From Azolla caroliniana (lineage: Eukaryota; Plantae; Polypodiophyta), in contig JBHGNT010000008.1 of the NCBI GenBank assembly GCA_043228905.1, positions 18,724,001 through 18,788,000 on the forward strand: 64,000 nucleotides of DNA, in the 5' to 3' direction. The notes under the pieces are model-generated. The model saw only the letters and a program-made list of their open reading frames with translations, was not told the origin of the DNA and searched no databases. Below are positions 22,801-34,200 of this stretch, one piece after another (the first letter of the stretch is position 1; every line of letters begins with the position of its first letter). A program made the position numbers and the translations under genes.

Positions 22801-25275
22801 TCAACTCTACGAGGAGCAGTCCCGACCGGCAAGGGACCGGTTAGCACTCGAGGATCCGGCCGAAGACGGTGAAGAAACAGAACCGGCCGAGGAAGATGAA
22901 ACTGATACCGGAACCGGCCCCGATCCCGAAATGGATTCGGATGAAGAGGAAACGGAGGAGCCGGTTACCGAAGCTCCGGAACGGAGATATCCTCTAAGAG
23001 AGAGAAGGGCCCCCCGGAGATTTCCGGAACCAAAGCACGTGCTGCTAACCGACGAGGGGGAGCCGGAGAGTGTTGAAGAAGCAAAGCTTGACACCCATAG
23101 CCGCAGGTGGTTAAGTGCCATGCAGGAGGAGATGGATTCCCTGCATGAGAACCACACATATGAACTTGTGGAGTTGCCGAAAGGAAAGCGGGCACTTCGA
23201 AACAAGTGGGTGTTCAAGCTGAAACCGGGAGATGCCGGAAACCCCCCGAGATACAAAGCCAGGATCGTGGTGAAGGGGTTCCAGCAGAAGAAGGGCGTCG
23301 ACTTCGACGAGATATTTGCCCCGGTAGTGAAGATGACCTCCATCCGGACGGTGCTGAGCATAGCGGCAAGCATGGACCTCGAGGTAGAACAGATGGACGT
23401 GAAGACGACATTCCTTCACGGTGACCTCGAAGAAGAGATCTACATGCAGCAACCGGAAGGATTCGAGAAGAAAGGGAAGGAGCACCTGGTATGCCGGTTG
23501 AAGAAGAGCCTTTACGGACTGAAGCAGGCACCCCGGCAATGGTACCGGAAGTTCGACTCTTTCATGACCGACGAAGGGTACCACAAAACGCAGTCCGATC
23601 ACTGCGTGTTTGTGAAGAAGTTCGAAGGAGGAGACTTTCTAATACTCCTCCTGTACGTGGACGACATGTTGATCGTCGGACGGGACCAGGTCAAGATACG
23701 GATGTTGAAGAAAGCGCTTCACCGAACCTTCTCAATGAAGGACCTGGGTCCGGCGAGGCAAATACTAGGGATGCACATCATCCGGGACCGGAAGAAGAAG
23801 CAATTGTGGTTGTCACAGGAGAAGTACGTGACAAAGGTGCTTCACCGGTTCAACATGTCGGAAGCAAGACCGGTCGGGTCAACCCTCCCGGCAAACTGCA
23901 AGTTGTCCAGCAAGCAAAGCCCCAAGACAAAGGTTGAGAAGGAGGACATGATGAAAGTACCATATGCCTCTGCCGTCGGAAGCTTGATGTACGCAATGGT
24001 GTGTACAAGACCGGACATAGGATATGCAGTCGGAGTGGTGAGCCGGTACATGAGCAATTCCGGCAAAGAGCACTGGAACGCGACCAAGTGGATACTCTGA
24101 TACCTGAAGGGCACGGCAAACGTGTGCCTCCAATTCGGCTCCGGTAAGCCCGAACTCGACGGCTTTACCGATTCGGATATGTCGGCTGATGCAGATACCA
24201 GCTAGTCCACATCAGGGTATGTGATGACGTATGCAGGGGGAGCTGTTTCGTGGCAGTCGTGGCTGCAGAAGACGGTTGCGTTGTCAACCACGGAGGCGGA
24301 GTACATGGCGGCTGTTGAAGCCGGCAAGGAAATAATATGGATGAAGGACTTCACTAGAGAGCTCGGTATCCGGCAGGAGGAGTACCGGCTCTACTGCGAC
24401 AGTCAGAGTGCCATCCACCTTGCGAAGAATGCGGCCTATCACTCCCGGACGAAGCACATCCAACGAAGATATCACTGGATCCGGGAAAGGATAGAAGACC
24501 AGGAGTTCGTGCTGACGAAGATCCACACGGACGAGAACGGGTCAGATATGCTGACCAAAGTGCTCACACCTGACAAGCTGGAAGCGTGCCGGAAGAGGGT
24601 CGGACTGGAAAGACATCCCATGCCGAAGTGAAGGGGGAGTTTGTTGGGATTACGGTCCCTCCGGATGGGATGGTCAAATGTCCGGGAATCGGGAATGAAG
24701 ACCTGATTGAGGAGTACCCGGTATCGGAATCGGGATGATGAAGACCCGGTTTCGGATCCGGATGATGAAGACCCCGGCTACGGAGCCGGATGACGAATGT
24801 ACCCAGAGAGAGATCCGGATGCGGGGACATATTTGTGAATATGTTTGCCAAGGGCCCTCTAGGCTATATTTGTAAATAGCCCGACAGTCATATGTGTATA
24901 AATATGACTTAGGGCAAACAATTTTGTTGTTGTTGCTTATTTTTCTGTTTTCCACTTAGAGGGAGCGAAGTGAGAGCAGCCGAGAGAGAGAGTGAGAGAG
25001 AGAGTGAAAGGAAGAGGTCGACGCCTCTGTGTAATACCGCCGCCTGTGGCGAGGACAGCGAGCTCAAGGTCGTCGCCTTGCAGCTCGCCATTGTACATTC
25101 CCTGCGGATAGTGATAGTTGGAGTCTTGCACTCCCGTGGTTTTTCCCGTCTAGGGTTTTCCACGCCCTGTGCATTCGAGTCTCTCTCTCTGTGTTTTCGA
25201 TTTACTGCTGCATTGACTCGTGTTTCCTCGGTTGTGGCCGAGAGGTGAAGGTTTTGAAAGCGTCAATTACTAACA
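19888..25275 (+). mobile_element. Copia A: full-length, young Ty1/copia LTR retrotransposon inserted in Gypsy gag
   Basis: 5' LTR 19888-20526, 3' LTR 24642-25275 (TG...CA; about 7 substitutions plus one 5-bp indel by eye); TSD CTTTT (19883-19887/25276-25280); PBS TGGTATCAGAGC 20530-20541; PPT AAGGGGGAG 24631-24639. Confidence 0.98.
20558..24631 (+). pseudogene. Copia A gag-pol polyprotein (gag, CCHC, PR, INT, RT, RNaseH) with two premature stops
   Basis: ORF 20549-24100 continues in frame to 24631; motifs CFHCGKPGHFRKNC, WVVDSGAS, LWHKRLCH, VHTDVC, YVDDML, CDSQSAI; stops TGA 24098-24100 and TAG ~24202-24204. Confidence 0.95.
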
Positions 25276-25824
25276 CTTTTTCTAACAACATAGCAAACCA
25301 TGCCAAAGTTGAACCGCTCAACAACGTGCCTACTAGACCCAATCGTGATGCATCGGTGGGATATCGGGAAGGATGCATTTGAATGACTAATTGTACCTAA
25401 TTACAGAATCCTCTGAATTGTGATTGCGTTCCATTGAATTTCATAGGAAGGCCGATCGTGGACTCTTTATGAATCCGTTGTGTACTTGGTCCTTGTTGTT
25501 GACAGGAACACACGCTCCGGATGAACAACGCTCGGCCACAACCGAGCTTAGAATCATAAAACACAGAAAAACGGGGAATGAATACACGACACAATGGAGA
25601 GAAGAGTACACAGGATGTTTACGTGGAAAACCCAAATACGGGAAAAACCACGGCAGCCCACAGATTGCAAACTATCACTATATCACAATGATTACAACAA
25701 TGAGCTCATGGAGGCAACGACCTCGTGCTCATGATCTTTGCCACAGGCGGCGGTTACAACAGAGGCAACGACCTCTTCGTTTCTTTCTCTCACACTCTCT
25801 CTCTGTACACTGTTGCACTCTAAT

Positions 25825-26078
25825 TGTTACCGTATGAGATGTACGGGTGATTGATAAATGTGATAAGTGAGGGTGAAAGATGTAATGTGTTGATATGTAT
25901 GTGTGATTTTATACGATTATGAGTGTGAATGTAAGTGTGAGTGTGGTAGATACAAAGAGGTGTGAGTGAGTGACTAGGTGTGAATGCCAAGGGGGCTTGC
26001 ACCCTTGTGGATCTACCCCTTTGTACCTATTTAACCCCTTATGGGGAATGAATGAAACATGAATGATCATTTTTCTCT

Positions 26079-26129
<51 letters not shown>

Positions 26130-26361
26130 CATCTCTCTCTCCCTCTCTCTCTCTCCCCTTTAATGTTGAACCCCTTGGGAGGGGGGTGGAGCCATTCTAG
26201 GCACCACCCCCCACCCCGCAATGCTTCTCAATGATTCTCAACCTCTTCATGATCTCTCTCACCATCATACTCTCCATCATCATCACACCCACCATGTCTA
26301 TCTTTATCATCAATCATCATGATTATCATCATCCTTTACCCTAACCCTAAAACCTATAACA
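25825..26361. mobile_element. Solo LTR (537 bp) inserted in the 3' LTR of Copia B
   Basis: TGTTA...TAACA termini; TSD CTAAT (25820-25824/26362-26366); absent from the paired 5' LTR; contains (CT)n and a telomere-like CCCTAACCCTAAAACCTA end. Confidence 0.92.
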
Positions 26362-26767
26362 CTAATCTTTTTCGTCAACAAGAATAACAACAACATCCTA
26401 CACTAAGTTTGCCCTAAGTCATATTTATACTAATATGACTTTTCGGCCATTTACAAATATAGCCCCGATGGACTCTCAAAAACATATTTACGAATATGTC
26501 CCTTCATCCAGTGAGCACTCCTCACCGGGCCTGCATCATCCGGCGCTTGCCGGGCACTCATCATCCGGTTCTCACCGGGTCTTCCGTTTCCGGGTACTCC
26601 TTCATCCGGCGTTTGCCGGGCACTCATCATCCAGTTCTCACCGGGTCTTCCGTTTCCGAGTACTCCTCATCCGGTTCTCACCGGGTCTTCCGTTTCCGGG
26701 TACTCCTCATCCGGTTCTTACCGGGTCTTCCCATCCGGAGGGACCTGTTTCCTAACAAACTCCCCCT

Positions 26768-29700
26768 TCACTCCGGCATGGGATGTCTTACTAGTCCGAC
26801 CCGCTTCCGACATGCATCCAGCTTGTCAGGTGTCAACACTTTGGTCAGCATATCTGACCCGTTCTCGGCCGTGTGGATCTTCGTCAGTGCGAGCTCCTGG
26901 TCATCTACTTTTCCCGGATCCAGTGATACCTACGCTGGATATGCTTCGTCCGGGAATAGTAGGCCGCATTCTTAGCAAGGTGGATGGCACTTTGACTGTC
27001 GCAATAGAGCCGGTATTCATCTTGCCGGATACCGAGCTCTCCGATGAAGTCCTTCATCCATAATATTTCCTTGTCGGCTTCCACAGCCGCCATGTACTCC
27101 GCTTCCATGGTTGACAACGCAACCGTCTTCTGCAGCCTCAACTGCCATGAAACAGCTCCCCCTGCATATGTCATTACATAACCGGATGTAGACCAGCTAG
27201 TATCCACATCAGCCGACATGTCTGAATCGGTAAAACCGTCAAGTTGAGGTTTTCCGGAGCCGAATCGGAGACACATATTTGAAGTGCCCTTCAAGTACCA
27301 AAGTATCCATTTGACCGCGTTCCAGTGCTCCTTGCCAGGATTGCTCATAATCCGGCTCACCACTCCGACTGCGTATCCTATATCCGGTCGGGTACACACC
27401 ATTGCGTACATTAAGCTCCCGACGGCAGAGGCATATGGAACCTTCATCATATCAACCTTCTCTGCTTTCGTCTTCGGGCTTTGCTTACCGGATAATTTGC
27501 AGTTTGCCGGGAGTGTCGATTCGACCGGTTTCGCTTCTAACATGTTGAACCGTTGAAGCACCTTTGTCACGTATTTCTCCTGTGACAGCCATAGTTGCTT
27601 CGTTGGCCGGTTTCGGATGATATGCATCCCCAACATCTGTCTTGCTGGACCCAAGTCTTTCATTGAGAAGGTCTGGTTGAGAGCCTTCTTCAGCATCCGT
27701 ATTTTGGCTTGGTCCCGTCCGACGATCAACATGTCGTCCACGTACAGAAGGAGTATTAGGAAGTCGCCTCCTTCGAACTTCTTCACAAACACACAGTGAT
27801 CGGCTTGCGTCTTGTGGTACCCTTGATCGGTCATGAAGGAGTCGAACTTTCGGTACCATTGTCGGGGAGCCTGCTTCAGTCCGTACAGGCTCTTCTTCAA
27901 CCGGCAAACCAATTGCTCCTTCCCTTTCTCCACGAATCCTTCCGGTTGCTGCATGTAGATCTCCTCTTCGATGTCACCGTGAAGGAATGTTGTCTTCACG
28001 TCCAGCTGCTCTACCTCGAGGTCCATGCTTGCCGCTATACTTAGCACCGTCCGGATGGAGGTCATCTTTACTATCAGGGCAAATATCTCGTCGTAGTCCA
28101 CACCCTTCTTCTGTTGGAACCCCTTCAACACGATCCTGGCTTTGTATCTCGGGGGGTTGTCGGCATCTCCCGGTTTCAACTTGTACACCCACTTGTTTCG
28201 GAGTGCCTGCTTTCCTTTCGGCAACTCCACCAATTCGTACATATGGTTCTCATGCAGGGAATCCATCTCATCCTGCATGGCACTTAACCATTTTCGGCTG
28301 TGGGTGTCATCCTTCGCTTCTTCGAAGCTTTCTGGCTCCCCCTCATCGGTTAGCAGCACATACTCTGCATCCGGAAATCTCCAGGGGGCCCTTCTCTCTC
28401 TGAGAGGATATCTCCGTCTTTGGGCTTCGGTAACCGGCTCCTCCATTTGCTCTTCATCCGAATCCGATTCGGGGTCTTGGCCGGTTCCGGTTTCAGCTTC
28501 CTCTACTTCTTCTTCTGCCGGTTCGGTATCCTCACCGTAACCGGCTGGTTCCTCGAGTGCTAACCGGTCTCTTGCCGGTTGGGTCTGCTCATCGTAGAAT
28601 CGATCCTTACTGGTCGACTCGGAGTTCATTATCTTCTTCTCTGACTCCCAGTCTGTGAGCGTCTTGTCCTCCATGAAGATAATATCCGACTCCAGAATAC
28701 CTTCTTGTAGACCAGGTCCCACACTCGGTAGCCGAACTCATCGTTGCCGTAACCGAGGAATATGCATGGCCGGGTCTTCGGATCTAGTTTTCCTCTTCGG
28801 TCCTTAGCTACATGCACATACGCAAGACACCCGAACACCTTCAGATGCCGGTAGGACACTTCCTTACCAGTCCAGACTCTCTGTGGCGTGTCTCCGTCCA
28901 AGGGTACTGAGGGTGATCTGTTTATCACATATGTCGCTGTCGATAGTGCCTCAGCCCAAAACTTCTTGGGTAGTTTTGCATGGGCCAACATACTCCGGAC
29001 CCTCTCCATTATAGTCCGGTTCATACTCTTGGCCAACTTGTTTAGTTCCGGCGTCTTCGGCATGGTAAATTTGAGCCGGATTGCCTTCGAGCGACAATAC
29101 TCCTCGAACTGCCCCCAGTATTCACCTCCGTTATCTGCTCAAACCGCCTTCAACTTCCGGTCGGTTTCCCTTTCCACTCTCGCGTGGAGCTCTTTGAAGA
29201 CGGATAACACCTGATCCTTTGTCTTCAATGGTGTGGCCCACAGCTTCCGATTGTGGTCATCTATGAACGTCACGAAGTACTGCGATCCGGCATGTGACTT
29301 CGTGTCCACTTGACATACATCAGTATGCACCAACTCCAGTGGTGCATTACGTCTCATCGGTGGCCTCGATCGGAAGGAGGTCTGGTTTTGTTTACTGGCC
29401 AGACAATCAATGCACTTCTCCAAGTGCACGCTCTTCACTGGAATGAGGTTGTCGTCTGCAAGCCTCTTCATCCCCTTCTCGCTCATGTGACACATCCTCT
29501 TGTGCCACAGCTCACCGGCAGTGTCGGATGCCACGTTCACTTCCTCCGGACATAACCGGGCATTCATCAGGTACATCGTGTTTAACTTCTGGGCCCGAGC
29601 CACAATCAGGCTCCCTTTGTTGAACTTTATAACACTGTTCCGGATGCTACCCGTGTAGCCTTCATCATCTAGCCGACCGGCTGATATCAGGTTCAGACGA

Positions 29701-30813
29701 ACCTCCGGAACGTGTCGAACATCCTTCAGCAGCAGCTTGCATCCAGTTGGCGTTGTCAACCACACGTCTCCTATGCCGACAATTCGGCATGTACCTTCAT
29801 TCCCCATCCGGACACATCCGTGATCACCGACTGAGTAGGATGAGAAGTATTTCCGGTCCGGGGTAAGGTGGAATGACGCTCCGGAGTCGACCACCCAGGT
29901 CATCTCGTCGCCGGCAAGGTTTAGCTCACTCTCCTCGGTGATGAGCATCAACTCTTCTTCACTTGCCGCGATTGCCGTCGTTCCCTTCCGGTCCGGCCCC
30001 CTCCGGTCTTTTACCGTTTCGGTCCGGTGTCCGCTTCGAATCGGTACCGTCGGTTTCCTTGTCTTTTCGGAAGTGCCGACAGTTCTTCTGGAAGTGTCTC
30101 GGCTTGCCGCAATAGAAGCAAGTAGGCCTCCCCCTTGACTTTGACCGTGTCCTCGCCTTTTCCCGGTTCTGGGGGCTACGGTTCCTTTGTCTTCCGCGTT
30201 CCAATTCGGTAAGGAGCGCTTTGGAGTCGGAGCTCGTATCCTTATCTTTTTGACGCGCCTCCTCATCTAGCAAGCTCGACTTCACTCTTGCTAGGGATAA
30301 CCGTTTCCCTTCCGGCGCGGCGTTGCCCAAATTGATAACCAACGTCTCCCAGCTATCCAGGAGGGAACCGAGCAGGAGTAGCGCTAGTACCTCATCGGCG
30401 AGAGGTACTTCCAATGATGTTGCCTGGTGTATTAGCCCCTAGAAGGCATTCATGTGCTCCGCCATGCTGGAGCCATCTTGGTACCGGAGTCTTACTAGCT
30501 TCCGGAATACCGAAACCTGGTTAACAACATTTTTGTTTTGAAACATAATGCCGATCTTCTCCCAGAGCTCATGAGCCTTGCTCTCTTCATTGAAGTTGTT
30601 GTATAGGCTCATGTTGATGAAGCACCGTATGTATGCCGTTGTCTTCATGTGCATCACCTCCCATATCGTGGCGTTGATTTTGTTCGGTTTCTTGTCCCCG
30701 AACTGAACCGGCAACCAAAGATCTTTAACCATGAGCATGTCCCTCATCTTCGACTTCCACACGGAATAGTTGGAGCCGATGAGCTTGAACATGTCTCCCA
30801 ACGATTCGTCCAT
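26768..30813 (-). pseudogene. Copia B gag-pol polyprotein, disrupted by stops and frameshifts
   Basis: Motifs CFYCGKPRHFQKNC, WVVDSGAS, VHTDVCQ, YVDDML, CDSQSAI spread over several ORF pieces. Confidence 0.93.
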
Positions 30814-31259
30814 TTTCTGTGTCGTTTCGCTCTGATACCAGTTTGACAGGAACACACGCTCCCGATGAACAACGCTCGTCCACAACCGAGCTTAGAATCA
30901 TAAAACACAGAAAAACGGTGAATGAATGCACGACACAATGGAGAGAAGAGTACACAGGATGTTTACGTGGAAAACCCAAATACGGGAAAAACCACGGCAG
31001 CCCACAGATTGCAAACTATCACTATATCACAATGATTACAACAATGAGCTCATGGAGGCAACGACCTCGTGCTCACGATCTTCGCCATAGGCGGCGGTTA
31101 CAACAGAGGCAACAACCTCTTCGTTTCTTTCTCTCACACTCTCTCTCTATACACTGTTGCACTCTAATCTTTTTCGTCAACAAGAATAACAACAACATCC
31201 TACACTAAGTTTGGCCTCAGTCATATTTATACTAATATGACTTTTCGGCTATTTACAAA

Positions 31260-34200
31260 TGTAAAGAATTAAGAGATGGATTCTTGTGAAGTGGAATAGG
31301 TGTGAACTGTGTGTGTATATGAGAGAGAGAGAGAGAGAGACAAGGAGTATACGCAAGGTAGATTGTATTAACAAAGGAGAAAGACACGGCAACATACAAG
31401 GTGGGAGGAGGGTGCTTTATGTAGTCACCCTCTCTCTTCATTAACTACAAGCCTCATGGAGCATGGGGAATGTGAAAGCTCATAAGTTATGTGTCATAGA
31501 ATGTGATTCTATGACTCATACTAAATGCTAGAATACAAAGTGGTGACATAATGGTGACTCTTGACCGTTGGAGTGTCTCTTCACTCTCAAGGTGAGTTCA
31601 CACACTAGACCAAGTTGAGCTTGATTCTCAACACGCCCCCTCAAGCTCAAGTTGGGTCGGTTTCAGACTGTATCCGAAATCCGCTTCAACTCGCGTTCTG
31701 GAGTTCGCGTCAACTCGTGTCGACTCGCATGTATGCGGAGTTGCGGAATCCGTGCTCCAGCTTGCGTTGTGCGTACTTGCGAAGTCTATGCTTCGGCTTG
31801 CGTCTTTCTTCGCGGCTTTGTTGCGTGGTTGCGGAATCTACGCGTTATTGCGTAGTGTCTTCAGTACTCCCCCTCAAGCTTGGCAGGTCAGGGATCGTCA
31901 ATCCGAGATCGGTCTTGAATTGCCATAGCTTGTCGGCTCCTAAGGCTTTAGTGAAGATGTCAGCCGTTTGAAGATTGGTGCTAATGTGTTGTAGGTCGAC
32001 ATCGCCAGCTAGAACGCGCTCTCGGATGAAGTGATAGTGCACTTTGATGTGATTTGTCCGCGCGTGGAACACCGGGTTCCGAGCCAGATAAATACTGCTC
32101 ATGTTGTCGCAGTAAAGGGGAGTCAGATCCTTGATAGGAACACCCAAATCCTTCAAAATCCTCTTAAGCCATACGGCTTCACATGCAGCTACGGCTGCGC
32201 CCCTATATTCTGCCTCCGTACTCAAAAGAGCGACGGTAGGTTGCTTCTTGCTACTCCAGGATATTGCTCCGTTGCTGAGGGAGAAAACAAATATGGAGGT
32301 TGATCTTCTATCAACTTTGTAGCCGGCCCAATCGGCGTCTGTGTACCCCTCGAGTCGTATTGGCATCGCGGTCTTGTAGAGGATGCCGCAATCCATTGTG
32401 CCGCTCACGTACCGTAGAACTCGCTTAGCGCAATCCAAGTGAGTATCACGCGGTGTTTGCATGAATTGGCTAAGGAGACCGACCGGATAACTGAGATCGG
32501 GTCGTGTGATCGTGAGGTAGATGAGACTCCCGATGAGTTGCCGATACTGAGTTGGCTCACACGCTTTCGTGCCGGAGTTCGCATCTAGTTTGAGGTTGCG
32601 ATCGAGTGGGGTTGCCGCGGATTTGCACTCAGCCATCCCGAACTTATATAGTAAGTTGAGGATGTAGTGCCGTTGAGAGATCATGATTCTGGCCGGAGTC
32701 TGAATTACCTCGATGCCAAGGAAGTAGTGGAGCTCCTTCATGTCCATCATCTCGAACTTGTCGGAAAGGAGGGATTTGACCTTATTGATTTCGACGATAT
32801 GCTCACCTCCAATGACTAGGTCATCCACATATAAAATGATGACAATCGGACTTGCGGAATCGCTTCGTATGTAGAGGGAGTTGTCCGATTTTGACATACA
32901 GAAGCCGATTTGATGAAGATATTGCGTTATCTTCGAATGCTAAGCACGTGGTGCTTGCTTGAGGCCGTAGAGAGGCTTCTTGAGTCGGCAAGCAACTTTC
33001 GGATGGGTGCTCGAGTTGAAGCTGGGTGGTTGTATCATGTACACCTCCTCTTCTAATTCGCCTTGTAGAAAGGCGTTCTTGACGTCCATTTGATGGAGGT
33101 GCCACCCTTTCGCCGCGGCAAGCACAATTACGGTCCGCTCCGTTGTCATCTTTGCCACCGGGTCAAAGGTCTCTTCGTAGTCGACGCCATGCGTCTAAAC
33201 GTATCCTTTCGCTACGAGTCGAGCTTTGTAGCGGTTTACGGAGCCATCGACGTTATACTTCACCTTGTAGATCCATCTGCATCCGATCACCTTTTTGTGT
33301 GGTGAGGTGGGAACGAGATCCCACGTCTCGTTCTTCCGTAGTGCGTGCATCTCCTCGTTCATTGCTTCGATCCATCGCGGGTCCTTTGCGGCTTCCGAAA
33401 AGGTTTCTGGCTCCCGTACTGTCGCTACCTTCATCATAAAGGCGTAATGGTACGCCATATAATTGTTGTAGCCGAATCAGCTTACGAGGTTCTTTTCACG
33501 GGTGGATCGGCGGAGTTTTTCATTTGCAGAGATGAGGGCTTTCTTTGCTCCGATCGGTACCTCGAAACCGCCAAACTCACTGTCGAGTGAGTGAGTTGAC
33601 TCATCGTCAGTGAAGCAATCGTCTTCGTATTCCGCCATTTTCGCCTTGCCTTTGTCCATCTTCGGGCTAGGCCGTGATGTGCTTTGATCGCTCAAAGGCT
33701 CTTGTGGTCTGCTCAGTCGGGTCGTGATCGGACTTTCTTCGAACATGCGCGTAAGGTGATCTTCATCCTCTATCTCCTGTTCGGTGGATTCCGGGTCGAG
33801 CGGGGTCGGAGTCGAAGTTGTCTCTGGTGCGTACCAGGATGCAGACTCGTCAAAGACGACGTCTCGACTTACCCGAGATTTTCGAGTTGAGGGGTTGTAG
33901 CACTTGTACCCCTTTTGCTCCAGTGAGTATCCTACGAGGATACATTTCTCCGACTTCGGGTCGAGCTTTTGACGCTTCTCATCGGGGATGTGCACGTACG
34001 CAATGGAGCCGAATATCTGAACATGTGATAGGTTCGGCTTCTTTCCGAAGAATCTTTCGTGCGGAGTGACCTCGTGCACGCCGGATGTTGTGCACCGGTT
34101 CATTAGGTAGATAGCCGTATTTGCCGCTTCGGCCCAATATGACTTGGGCATATGCTTCTCGTTCATCATGGCCCGCGCTACTTCGAGGATGTGCCGATTT

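Noticed and set aside
24098-24100. Programmed read-through at the TGA in Copia A
   Set aside because: A second stop follows, the sister element has sense codons at both sites, and simple mutation explains it.
20611-24526. Many antisense/alternate-frame ORFs over the Copia elements (also 27284-35781)
   Set aside because: Shadow ORFs expected in GC-rich coding sequence; no independent motifs.
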